From an uncultured Methanobrevibacter sp. (GTDB lineage: Archaea; Methanobacteriota; Methanobacteria; Methanobacteriales; Methanobacteriaceae): a stretch of 56,293 nt of DNA. Where the stretch lies: contig ONYG01000232.1 in assembly GCA_900321995.1 (NCBI GenBank), forward strand, positions 1-56,293. The letters run 5' to 3'. Below are positions 30,124 to 40,361 of the stretch, in pieces (positions within the stretch are counted from its first letter, which is position 1; every line of letters starts with the position of its first letter). The position numbers were made by a program, and so were the translations under genes. The notes beneath the pieces were generated by a model. The model saw nothing but the letters and a program-made list of their open reading frames with translations. It made no database searches and was not told where the DNA came from.

Positions 30124-30981
30124 TTAACCATTTAAATGAAAGAAAGTCATAATGGATTTAAAAATTCCATCAAAAGAGAATCCTGAAGTGTTATTGTCTA
30201 CAAAATCGTTGATTTGCTCCTTATAACCATTTGCATCATCTTGAACAGATTGGGTTTTAGCAATGGTTTCTGCAAGATTTTGAATATCACTGTCAGTTAT
30301 ATTGATATTGTAAGTTGTACTGTAATCATTGATTATGTTTACAATAGTTGGAGTATCTGTAATGTTTTTCTCTTTAACTTCTTCCTTTACATCATCCACT
30401 AATTTAGATAAGTCATCAGAACTGACATTGGAATTTTCAACAATTGCAGCTTCTGTGTAAATCTCATCGTTAGCTGCTTCCTTTACAGTTTCTGGAATTT
30501 CAACATCTGTAACTTCCTCATAGGAATTCATTATTCCTGCAAGAGCAGATTCACCTGTAGCTGTGACTGGACTGGTTACATAAACATGTCCACTTGTAAT
30601 TCCTGCTGACTTTAATGCAGAAGCATACATTTTTGGAGTGATTGTTGTGATTGTATTGTCCACTTCAACAGTTATTTCACCATTATCAGTTAAATCCACC
30701 AAAGCAGATGAAAATATTTGATTAGAATTGTAAGTTTTACCTGAGATTCCTGTAGATATTTTATTTACATCATTTGCAGTGATCACTTGACTTTTTACAT
30801 TATTTAAATCAAAGCCTTTGCTTGAGAAGAAATCATCTACAAGAGATTTATAATTTTGATTCATGTAAGCAGTTTCACCATAAGTAACAACAATTGAACT
30901 ATCATTTGCTGAAAAACTTGCTGGTATAACAGATATTGCTATAATAGCAATAATTAGCATAGAAATTGCAGTTTTTTTCAT
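30124..30981 (-). CDS. DUF1002 (YpuA-like) secreted protein
   Basis: Signal peptide from ATG at 30981 (GAGGTGA RBS); ITPKMYASALKSAGI and VTSPVTATGESALAGI motifs. Confidence 0.8.
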   Translation of the reverse strand: MKKTAISMLIIAIIAISVIPASFSANDSSIVVTYGETAYMNQNYKSLVDDFFSSKGFDLNNVKSQVITANDVNKISTGISGKTYNSNQIFSSALVDLTDNGEITVEVDNTITTITPKMYASALKSAGITSGHVYVTSPVTATGESALAGIMNSYEEVTDVEIPETVKEAANDEIYTEAAIVENSNVSSDDLSKLVDDVKEEVKEKNITDTPTIVNIINDYSTTYNINITDSDIQNLAETIAKTQSVQDDANGYKEQINDFVDNNTSGFSFDGIFKSIMTFFHLNG

Positions 30982-31280
30982 ACTTATCACCTCTAAAAAT
31001 TTCTATAATCTTAATTAGTCGAACTAGTATTTAAATGTAATGTATATTTTACATAATGGAAAGATTTATATTTGCATTTTGAATTTTTGTAAAATTTTTT
31101 TGAGTGAAAATCACTAATCTTAGCCCATCAATAAAATAAAGACATATTCATAGTTTTTAAATTTTGAAATTTGCAAAGAATTTTCTATAATATCTAGATA
31201 AATCAATGAAAAAATTGCTCATTCAATTAAAAAAAGTTGAACTAAATAAATAAATACTATATCAATCAAAAAGTCTTATA

Positions 31281-31856
31281 GTGAATAAAATGAAAAGTTC
31301 TATTAGCAAAGAAGATTATTTAAAAATCTATGAAATGACTGAAGATGCCTTTACACTTGATTTTGACTGTGGAACACTTTGCAACAATATCTGTTGTACA
31401 GTAGAAAAGGAAAGCAAGGATGGCGAATTATTAGAAATGGTATTGTATCTCTTGCCTGGTGAAGAGGAACTCTTTTTTGAAAATGAATGGTTTGATATGT
31501 ATTACGAAACAACAGACGAATATGAGTATCCTGATTCATGGAATGGTAAAGTATATTTTGTCAAATGTTCCAATCCTCCACACTGCAATAGAAAAACAAG
31601 ACCAATTCAATGCAGATCATTTCCAGTAAGTCCTCATTTAGATAAGGAAAACAAACTGCATTTAATCTATGACGAGGATGATTTCAGTTATGACTGTCCA
31701 ATTGTTAGCCAAAAAATGAGATTAAGTGATGATTTCATAGAAAAAATCCTTAAAATGTGGAGCATGCTTATTGAAGATGATTTGATTTTTGACTTAATCA
31801 AAATGGAATCTGAAGAAAGAGAAAATAATGATAAAGACTATGAAATGGTTATTTAA
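31281..31856 (+). CDS. Cys-cluster protein (YkgJ / CxxCxxCC-like)
   Basis: DCGTLCNNICC, LYLLPGEEE, CSNPPHCNRKTRPIQCRSFP and CP motifs. Confidence 0.65.
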   Translation: MNKMKSSISKEDYLKIYEMTEDAFTLDFDCGTLCNNICCTVEKESKDGELLEMVLYLLPGEEELFFENEWFDMYYETTDEYEYPDSWNGKVYFVKCSNPPHCNRKTRPIQCRSFPVSPHLDKENKLHLIYDEDDFSYDCPIVSQKMRLSDDFIEKILKMWSMLIEDDLIFDLIKMESEERENNDKDYEMVI

Positions 31857-32043
31857 TTAATATCTGAAAAAATAGATTAGATCATTTATTTTATTTAAAT
31901 AAAAAAAAGAATGAAATAAGAGTTAAATTAAAAAAAAGATGATTTTTAATTATATTAAAAAAAGAATATAATAAGTTAAATTAAAAAAAGATGATTTTTA
32001 ATTATAATTAAAAAAATAGAGTTAAAATAAAAAATAATGATGA

Positions 32044-32640
32044 TTACCAGTTATAGTTATAATAGCCAGCATCATCAAAGGAATCATCAAAGGAATCATC
32101 ATAAACATCCGATTCATAATATGCATCATCATTAAAGTCATAGCTTGAATCATGATAAGGCTTATAACTCCTCTGATTAATGGAAGAGACTATATTTGAT
32201 ATCTTTACTCCTTTAGCATTTATATAAACAATATCATCTTCTGAGCAAAAGACAAAACTTTTTATGCCATTGCTCTTAGCATAAAAACCACTAACCCCAC
32301 CAATTGATTTTTTATAATGGTTTAATCCATTCCAATTAAAGATTGAATAGCTGTCCATAAGATTCTTATTGAATTTGGAATGTCTTTCTAAAGAGATGTT
32401 TACAAATTTGCTTCCCTTTTTAAAGTCCATATAATTCAAATGATTTACATCATCATAGCCATCAAGGGCTAACTTAAATGATTTTGGTACATTAAAACCA
32501 TATCCTCTCATATAATAAGTTTCAAAACCTTTTGGAGGGTTATCCTTAGCAAAAACATTATCTGCAATAATAAAGCTTGTGCTTAAAATTGTTAAGATAA
32601 TAAAAAAACTTAGAAAATATCTTAAAATCCTTTTATCCAT
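32044..32640 (-). CDS. Hypothetical secreted or membrane-anchored protein with a Tyr/Asp-rich tail
   Basis: N-terminal hydrophobic segment, GGGTGA RBS, 198 aa. Confidence 0.6.
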   Translation of the reverse strand: MDKRILRYFLSFFIILTILSTSFIIADNVFAKDNPPKGFETYYMRGYGFNVPKSFKLALDGYDDVNHLNYMDFKKGSKFVNISLERHSKFNKNLMDSYSIFNWNGLNHYKKSIGGVSGFYAKSNGIKSFVFCSEDDIVYINAKGVKISNIVSSINQRSYKPYHDSSYDFNDDAYYESDVYDDSFDDSFDDAGYYNYNW

Positions 32641-32796
32641 ATATTCACCCCATGCATTATAAAAATCTTAATTTAAGAATAATAATGATTTGCTTATATT
32701 TAAAGTTTTGTTTTTTAGACTAGTGATAAAGGCCTATGACAATTAAAACTAAATGAGATGGGCTGATTAAAATATATCAACTAATTTATAGTCAGA

Positions 32797-33480
32797 TTAA
32801 TCTTTATCAACTAATTTAGCATCTAAAACATTATAAGTTCCATTATCACGTTGCCAATCTATCTCTGCATCAAGAATCTCAATCTTTTTATTGAAGATAG
32901 GTCCGTCTATAACAAGGGTTTCAGCTTCTCCCCCTTCAAAAGCAAGATGCAAATATGTCTTTTCACTGATTTTTTCAAGCTCTCGAAGAGCTTCCTCATC
33001 AATTAGGCGACCTAGCCATTTCTCATCAAGACCTTCAGCAAAAACTCCGCTGATGATTACTTTAAATCCTTTGGATATGACAAGCTCCATATACTCTTTA
33101 GGATCCTTATGCCAATAAGGAGAATATGCCTCAATTCCAATCTCCTCAGCCAATCGTTCAATCCTTGACTTTTGATAAGTTGAAAAAAGAGCGCCAGTGT
33201 ATATGACTTCAATGCCAAGTTCCTTTAGTTGGATAAATCCATCCTTTAAATCCTCAAGTTCCTCCTCTTTAACTCCAGCAGTCTTAACTTCAATAATAGG
33301 TATTCCTACAGCATCTGAAATCAAATCAGTCAAATGTATGTTAGGAACATGAAACATATAGGACTCATCATTTAAAGACTTGATAGATAGAAGATACTTA
33401 ACCTCATCTCCATTTTCAATAGCATAATTCAAAGCCATTACACTATCTTTGCCACCGGAAAATAAAACAGCAGATTTCAC
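32797..33480 (-). CDS. dph6: Diphthine--ammonia ligase (PP-loop ATPase)
   Basis: LFSGGKDS, ESYMFHVPN, GALFSTYQKSRIE and FEGGEAETLVIDGPIF motifs. Confidence 0.88.
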   Translation of the reverse strand: MKSAVLFSGGKDSVMALNYAIENGDEVKYLLSIKSLNDESYMFHVPNIHLTDLISDAVGIPIIEVKTAGVKEEELEDLKDGFIQLKELGIEVIYTGALFSTYQKSRIERLAEEIGIEAYSPYWHKDPKEYMELVISKGFKVIISGVFAEGLDEKWLGRLIDEEALRELEKISEKTYLHLAFEGGEAETLVIDGPIFNKKIEILDAEIDWQRDNGTYNVLDAKLVDKD

Positions 33481-33624
33481 ATATACACCTTTTAATTATT
33501 TAATACGAAAATGAATATAATTTAAAATATTAAAAATTATCAAAATAATAGAATTATTAAATAAACATTGCTTTTATATTAGAAAATTATTAAAAAAAAG
33601 AAAAATGAAAAGAATTAGAAGAAA

Positions 33625-34407
33625 TTAATTTCTTCTAAAGGATCTCAATACCTTTGTCAATGGCTCCACATAAATTCCTGCAATAGCAACTATAACTCCT
33701 ACAATACCAGTTATAATCATTATCACATACTCCGGAACCAAGTTATCATAGAAATAATGAATTGAATCTTGAACAGGACCTTGGACAGAGACTATAGTGT
33801 ATTGATTCTCTTTTAAGTAATCCTTTACATCTAAAACCTGATTTGCATTGACCTTCACCTTAATGTGAACAAAGGCAAATTCAGAGCTGACCCCTACAGA
33901 ACTGGATAGCCAGTTTACAAGAGATCCTAAAGTTGCTGTTGAACTTGCATCAGTCTTTAAGTCAACGGATATGCTATTAGTGCCTACCTCATAAGATTCA
34001 ATCTCTGAATCGTTAGCCAAGTAATCATTAATATATCGTTTCGTTTCATTATTGATATCACTTGTTTTAAGTTCAAAACCATTAGTGCTTACTGAATTGA
34101 CCCCATTCACATTATGAATCCTTTCAGTCACATCACTAATGTTAGATGTTGATGGAATATTCAGATTTATAACCTCACTATCCATAGTAAACAATCCTTG
34201 GACATTACCTATAACATATGGACTTTCTTCATAAATAGGATAAATAAAGAAGTATCCGCCAATAGCACCAAGGACAAATCCTATTGCAATAATTGAAACT
34301 ATTTCCTTTCTTCCAACATAAGGGGACAATATTCCCATAGAGAAAGCAAATACCATTATTATAATGAATAGGATTATATAAATAATTCCACCAAATAAAT
34401 CCATCAT
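33625..34407 (-). CDS. Conserved hypothetical membrane protein
   Basis: Two N-terminal TM segments, a soluble loop and a C-terminal TM segment. Confidence 0.65.
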   Translation of the reverse strand: MMDLFGGIIYIILFIIIMVFAFSMGILSPYVGRKEIVSIIAIGFVLGAIGGYFFIYPIYEESPYVIGNVQGLFTMDSEVINLNIPSTSNISDVTERIHNVNGVNSVSTNGFELKTSDINNETKRYINDYLANDSEIESYEVGTNSISVDLKTDASSTATLGSLVNWLSSSVGVSSEFAFVHIKVKVNANQVLDVKDYLKENQYTIVSVQGPVQDSIHYFYDNLVPEYVIMIITGIVGVIVAIAGIYVEPLTKVLRSFRRN

Positions 34408-34743
34408 AATCAGCTCTTTTTAATTATAAATTAAAAATATTTTATTTTTTCAAACAAAGGTCAATAATTCTTATTTAAATTAAGTTTAGAATAATAAAAA
34501 TTAGAGATATTAAAATTAATTTAAAAATATAATATCATTTCTAATTTTAAAAAAATAAACTTAAAATAATATGAAAATTAAGAATTTTTAATCTATTATT
34601 ATATATAAAATAAATAATTTATAAATTTTATGAAAATGCATTATCTATAATTTTATATAGTTAAATTATAGTTAAAATATAGTTAAAAATAGTCAAATCA
34701 ATTAGACATAAAAGTGGAACATTCCTATTCTTAAGAAAAAAAA

Positions 34744-35196
34744 TTAAGATTTTCTAGAAAGAACAATGAAACCCGTGCCATCATCCCAACTTACTGTAAG
34801 CTTATTAAAGCCTTTTGAAAAATGAATATTTGCATTAAGACCATCAAAATCATAGGAACTTACTATATCCTTATAAGAACCGTCTGAAAGATTTAATCTT
34901 AAAAATGCCCTGCCACTGCCCCCATTGCTTGAGAATCTAACTGTTGCATCCTTATTAAAATTAAGCAAAACAGTCTTTTTAGATCCCTTTCCATTATTAT
35001 AGCAAAAGTCTATGGCATCCGTAATCTTTGACAGCTCATTTTTTGCATTTATAGAATCCATAACATCATTTGAATAGTCAATGCTTAAGCTTAAGATTGG
35101 AACTGAAAGCATAGTGATTATCAATATAATGACCATAGCGCTTAAGATGTATTCCAATGACAACTGTCCTTTATTATCTGTTGGTTCCAATAACAT
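34744..35196 (-). CDS. Class III signal peptide (type IV pilin-like, DUF361-type) protein
   Basis: DNKG|QLSLEYILSAMVIILII matches the KG|QxSxE cleavage consensus followed by a hydrophobic helix. Confidence 0.85.
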   Translation of the reverse strand: MLLEPTDNKGQLSLEYILSAMVIILIITMLSVPILSLSIDYSNDVMDSINAKNELSKITDAIDFCYNNGKGSKKTVLLNFNKDATVRFSSNGGSGRAFLRLNLSDGSYKDIVSSYDFDGLNANIHFSKGFNKLTVSWDDGTGFIVLSRKS

Positions 35197-35203
35197 ATTA
35201 TCC

Positions 35204-35318
35204 TCTGATTTAATAAGTGATTAGTTTTAATAGCTGTTAAAAATTCTATATTAAAAAATTATCTGATTTATTAAGCGATTAGATTTAATAGTTGTTAAAA
35301 ATTCCATAGTTAAAAAAT
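35204..35318. repeat. Diverged ~58-bp tandem duplication between the peptidase and pilin-like genes
   Basis: TCTGATTTA(A/T)TAAG(T/C)GATTAG(T/A)TTTAATAG(C/T)TGTTAAAAATTC starts at 35204 and 35262. Confidence 0.8.
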
Positions 35319-36226
35319 ACTTATAAAAATGTAAGTCAAATCACCAAAGACTAAAAATACAAGATATGCTGCAGTTAAAGCCGGCAAAAATGGGATTCCC
35401 ATTTTGATTTTAAAATTCGGAAAATTGATTAGAGATTCCCTATAAGCAAAATTAATCAGTTTAATATCATGGTCAGTTAATCCAAGCATAGAAGATGACT
35501 TGAAATAATAAGAACGTTTCTTATATCTATCAATTCTTAAATTATACTTCTCGTTATTTTTATTGATATTCAAAACTTTCTTTATGAGTTCATATAGCTC
35601 GTTAGATTTGAAATAATAATCTTCCAACACCATTCCCTCCTTCAGATTAGAAATGAATACTGTTTTTGTAGATATTTCCTTAATCAAAAAGCCAATGTCT
35701 GAAAAAATCAGGTTAATAGATTCAATTTGTTTTCCCTAAGCAATCTTAAAAACATATATAAAACGATAAATGGAAATGTAAGAATTATCGAATTGATTAA
35801 AATTGAAAATATTTTAGGATATATTAGCGCTTGACAATTGAAAGCAAAATCATTCAGCACACTGAAACTATTGAATTGATTTAGAATATCTATAAAGGAT
35901 AGGGAAGATCCGATTGCACAAAATAGTTTCAAGTCTCCACCACCCCAAAAGGCTATTTTCCATAATGCAAATGAAATCATAAAAATAATTGACATATAAG
36001 CCAAATAGCAATACATAAAAAAATTATCATTAAGGACATTAAAAATTAATAGATTACTTATAATTCCATATGAAAATAGAAAAAAACTTAATTTATTTGG
36101 TATAATGCCATACTTCAAATCATAATAATTAGCAATTAGAAGTGTTAAAAATACAATAACTATGCTAATAACTATAATTGAATTAATGTCATTAATATTA
36201 TTCCAAATAAAGCTATAGATATTCAT
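35310..36226 (-). pseudogene. A24-family prepilin peptidase (EppA/FlaK-like) split by a 1-nt frameshift near 35715
   Basis: The 5' ORF has YYDLKYGIIPN and WGGGDLKL (catalytic Asp pair). The 3' ORF has LKEGMVL, GLT and MGIPFLPAL. The frames join if one base is added near CTATTAAC (minus strand). Confidence 0.75.
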
Positions 36227-36672
36227 GAAATCACCAATCGAATATTTTTAATTAAAATTTAAAAATATATTTACAAATTTAAGGAGTTTGTCTTAATAGA
36301 TGTAAAAAGATTAATCCCAAATTTTGTCTTTATTTTATCTAAATAAGACAATTAGTATTTTATATCTTTAAATATTTATATTTAATGCTTTTTTTCAACT
36401 AAAAATTGATTTTAAATAATTATATTGATTTTTAAATAATAAAATGATTTTAAATTATAAAATTGACTTGATAATGTAAAATTTAAGTAAAATAAGACTT
36501 TTTATAAAAGAATGAAAAATTGATTTATCATTAAATCAATCTTGTTCTAAAGAAAAAAATATTAAAATAAATTTAAATGAAAAATAAAAAAAAATAAAAA
36601 ATAATAAAAGCGCATTAAAATAAAAAAAAATAAAAAAATAGTGAATTAAGGGAAAGAAAGTTAAAAATAGAA

Positions 36673-37269
36673 CTATTCTAAAAATAGATAACATTCTGAT
36701 AGAATAACAGTTCCATTGTTAAATACAGTCCCTTTATTCTTAATTACAGAATTATTGGAACCTGGCCTTAAGCAAATAAAATCTGTGTCTTTAGAGCTGG
36801 ATTCAACGATTATGCGTTTTCCTCTGAATTTGATAAAATTGTTTCCATGATTATTGAAGTGTCTTGAATCCCCTTCCATTTCTTCTCTTAAAAAGTCTTC
36901 AAAATACTTATCACTTTTAGAGATAATCTCTATTCTTTCTTCTCTAATAAGATCATTTATTATTGAGTTCACCAATTCAAATTCCAACTCTAAATTAATT
37001 GCTATTTCATCAAAAAAGCATATTTTAAATTTTCTAAAATAACTTATTACTTCCCTTTTAGCTTCTTCATAATCTATATCCCTCATACTTGCAACTTTAT
37101 AGCTTTTTAAATGTTCACGTATTGCTTCTCTTAGAAAATCTGAAATGCTCAAGTAAGCACCACATTCAACTAAATCTAGTAATTCATCATGAACATTAAT
37201 AGGGACCTTAGTAGCAATGGTTTTTCCTATACCTTTATTATTTAATAAATTATTATCTAAATCATTCAT
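36673..37269 (-). CDS. Ribbon-helix-helix (CopG/Arc-like) plus winged-helix putative regulator
   Basis: KTIATKVP...ELLDLVECGAYLSISDFLREAIRE, then FDEIAINLELEFELVNSIINDL; GAGGGG RBS. Confidence 0.7.
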   Translation of the reverse strand: MNDLDNNLLNNKGIGKTIATKVPINVHDELLDLVECGAYLSISDFLREAIREHLKSYKVASMRDIDYEEAKREVISYFRKFKICFFDEIAINLELEFELVNSIINDLIREERIEIISKSDKYFEDFLREEMEGDSRHFNNHGNNFIKFRGKRIIVESSSKDTDFICLRPGSNNSVIKNKGTVFNNGTVILSECYLFLE

Positions 37270-37655
37270 ATTACCCCTCTTAATAAGTATATATTAAATA
37301 TAATAATAAATTGAACCTTATTTAATATAAAATGATTTATGATGCGATAAAAATAAAAATAAAAAAATAAAATAAACTTAAATGTGAAAAAACACTGAAA
37401 CACAAAAGAACAATAACAAAAAAGTAAAATAATAAAAAAACACAAAATCATAAAATCATAAAAAAGATAATTTAAAATTAAAAAAAAAACACAAAAAACA
37501 CAAAATCACATTATTTCAAAAAAAAACAATATTTTTACTAATAATAAAAATGATTAAAAAGTTAATGAAAATAAGATAATAAAAAAAGAAAAACCTAAAA
37601 AAAGTATAAAAAATAAGAAAATAGTAAAAATAATAAAAAGAATACAGATTATGAT

Positions 37656-39278
37656 TTATTTGTTATCATAAGCTGCTTGAACAAAAGAAGCAAATAATGG
37701 ATGAGCATTATTTGGTCTGGATTTAAACTCTGGATGGAATTGACATCCAATAAACCAAGGATGTTCAGGCAATTCAACAATTTCCACTAAGAAATCATCA
37801 GGAGTTGTACCAGAAATCATTAAACCATTTTCTTGAAGAACTTCCCTATATTCATTATTATATTCAAATCTATGTCTGTGTCTTTCTTGAATAAGGTCTT
37901 CTCCATAAGCCTCTTTAGTCTTAGTGCCATCAATTAATTTACATTCATAAGCACCTAAACGCATAGTTCCGCCCATTTTCTTAATTTGTTTTTGCTTTTC
38001 CATCATATCAATTACAGGATATTCAGTTTCCTTATTGAATTCAGTACTGTTTGCACCTTCCATTCCAATTCTTCTTGCAAATTGAATAACCATGGAATGC
38101 ATACCTAAGCAAATACCGAAAATAGGAGTCTCATTTTCAATTGCATAATCAACAGCTTGAAGCTTGCCTTCTACACCACGCTCTCCAAATCCACCAGGGA
38201 TTAAAATTCCATCAAATTCAGCAAGTTTTTCCTTAAATGCATTCAATTCTTCTTCGTCATCCACATTAACATCAGAGCTAAGGTATTCAATATTCATTTT
38301 TGCTCCAATTTTAGCTGCTGCATGATGCAATGATTCTCTAATACTGATATAAGCATCTTCTAATTCTACATATTTACCTACAATACCAATAGTAACTACT
38401 GGATCTTGTATTTTAAGGGAATTTACGATTTCTTCCCATTCATTAAGAGTATTCTTATCATTTTCAAAGTCTATTCCAAGATTAATTCTATCTGAAATGT
38501 ATTGGCCAGCATTTTCCCTATCTAAAACTAAAGGAACTTCATAAATTGATTGAGCATCAGGAGTGTTAACGACTGCTTCGACTTCAACATCACAGAAGTG
38601 AGCGATTTTAGCCTTTAAGTCATCATCAATAGGTTCTTGACTTCTTAAGACAATCATATTAGGGTTAATACCCATACTTCTAAGTTCTTTTGTAGAATGT
38701 TGAGTAGGTTTTGTCTTGAATTCGCCAGCTGCATTCAAATAAGGAACAAAGGTTACATGAACAAACATTACATTATCAGAACCTTCTTCATTTCTTAATT
38801 GTCTTAATGCTTCTAAGAATGGTTGGCTTTCAATATCCCCAACAGTTCCACCAAGTTCAACTAAAACAACATCATAATCATCCTTAGCGGAAATTTCACG
38901 AACCATTTCCTTAATTTCATTAGTTATATGAGGAATAATCTGAACACAAGCACCTAAGAAATCCCCATTTCTTTCTTTGGTAATTACAGACTGATAGACT
39001 TTACCAGTGGTAATATTTGATATTCCAGGAAGCTCGACATCTAAGAATCTTTCATAGTGTCCTAAATCAAGATCAGTTTCCATACCATCATAAGTTACAA
39101 ACACTTCACCGTGTTGGTATGGGTTTAAAGTACCAGAATCCCAATTTAAATATGGGTCAATCTTAATAGCTGCAACTTTTAAGCCATAAGAACGTAAAAT
39201 ACGACCAATAGATGCAGAGGTAATTCCTTTTCCAATAGAACTTACTACTCCACCAGTAATAATAATATATTTTGTCAG
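37656..39278 (-). CDS. pyrG: CTP synthase, probable CTG start
   Basis: The frame extends 58 codons above the track start, reading (L/M)TKYIIITGGVVSSIGKGITSASIG...KIDPYLNWDSGTLNPYQHGEV. The GATase domain has PGGFG, GICLG and QFHPEF. Confidence 0.97.
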   Translation of the reverse strand: MTKYIIITGGVVSSIGKGITSASIGRILRSYGLKVAAIKIDPYLNWDSGTLNPYQHGEVFVTYDGMETDLDLGHYERFLDVELPGISNITTGKVYQSVITKERNGDFLGACVQIIPHITNEIKEMVREISAKDDYDVVLVELGGTVGDIESQPFLEALRQLRNEEGSDNVMFVHVTFVPYLNAAGEFKTKPTQHSTKELRSMGINPNMIVLRSQEPIDDDLKAKIAHFCDVEVEAVVNTPDAQSIYEVPLVLDRENAGQYISDRINLGIDFENDKNTLNEWEEIVNSLKIQDPVVTIGIVGKYVELEDAYISIRESLHHAAAKIGAKMNIEYLSSDVNVDDEEELNAFKEKLAEFDGILIPGGFGERGVEGKLQAVDYAIENETPIFGICLGMHSMVIQFARRIGMEGANSTEFNKETEYPVIDMMEKQKQIKKMGGTMRLGAYECKLIDGTKTKEAYGEDLIQERHRHRFEYNNEYREVLQENGLMISGTTPDDFLVEIVELPEHPWFIGCQFHPEFKSRPNNAHPLFASFVQAAYDNK

Positions 39279-39791
39279 ATAAATCCACTCCTAATAATTA
39301 ATGATAATGATTTTACATGAAAATTTTTTCTATAAAATCATAAATGAATACTCAATAAAATATTAGTTTAATTTATTATATATAATTTGCTTATAGAAAG
39401 TTTTATTATATAAAAATCACTTAAAAAAAAGACATAACATAAGGACAATATCATAATAAAACAATAAAATAAAGCATTATTTCATTTAAATAATAATTTA
39501 GCTAATATTTAATAAAAAAAGACAGAATAACTTATTCATAGTAAAACGTAGGATTATCAATAACACAAATAGATTTTTATAATATTGGGGGTTTATAAAA
39601 AATTCTAATAAAACAGCATTATCAATAACCCTACAATATTATTTAAAACTTTCAGATATAAAAAGTTTTATATATTTACATAATTATTTAGGTTAGTTAA
39701 ATATTTAATAAAAATTAGAAGAATTTGAAAAAATGAAAAGTGAAAAGAGAAATATAAATAAAAAAAGAAATGTAAATTAATAAAAAAGTAT

Positions 39792-40172
39792 TTAGAATTT
39801 AAAGAAATCTCTTCCCCAAACTATTTTTTGTTTTTTTGCAAAGACTTTCATCTCATAAGAATCTTGTGATGGAGCATACTCTTTTTCAAAGATTTGTTGT
39901 TTTTGCTGAGGATTTAAAGCAGTATCTGCAATTTTGCTAAGAACTCCTAACTCATTATCAATACTATCCATTTGCTCTGATAAATTTTTCTTTTTATTTT
40001 CTAATTCTGCAATCCTGATTTCAAGAAGTTCATTACTGGAAACTTGGAATTGATCTCTGAGTTTGAAAATTAAATCAATAGCTTCACCAACAGACAAATC
40101 ATTTTCCTGCATTATTTGATATTTTTTATATTGCTCTTCAGTTAATTCAACAGAAATTGTTTTATTATCCAT
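39792..40172 (-). CDS. Hypothetical protein with an RHH-like N-terminus and a coiled coil
   Basis: ATG at 40172 follows a GGTGA RBS; KTISVELTEEQY...LSVGEAIDLI followed by a heptad-rich segment. Confidence 0.6.
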   Translation of the reverse strand: MDNKTISVELTEEQYKKYQIMQENDLSVGEAIDLIFKLRDQFQVSSNELLEIRIAELENKKKNLSEQMDSIDNELGVLSKIADTALNPQQKQQIFEKEYAPSQDSYEMKVFAKKQKIVWGRDFFKF

Positions 40173-40361
40173 AATTTCACCCGAAAGAATTAAAATAAAA
40201 TTATTATATGTAGTTTTATTTTTAATCATATATAAAAATACTTAATTAATTTATATATTTGATTATTTAGCACTATTATAATCATTTCATTACCAAATAA
40301 AATAGTCAAAAATATAAACATCAATGAAAAAGATAAAAATTAAAAGATATAACTAAATTAT

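Noticed and set aside
37266..37451. 61-aa Phe/Ile-rich ORF
   Set aside because: Translation of T-rich intergenic sequence after pyrG; it has no RBS and covers the RBS of the RHH gene.
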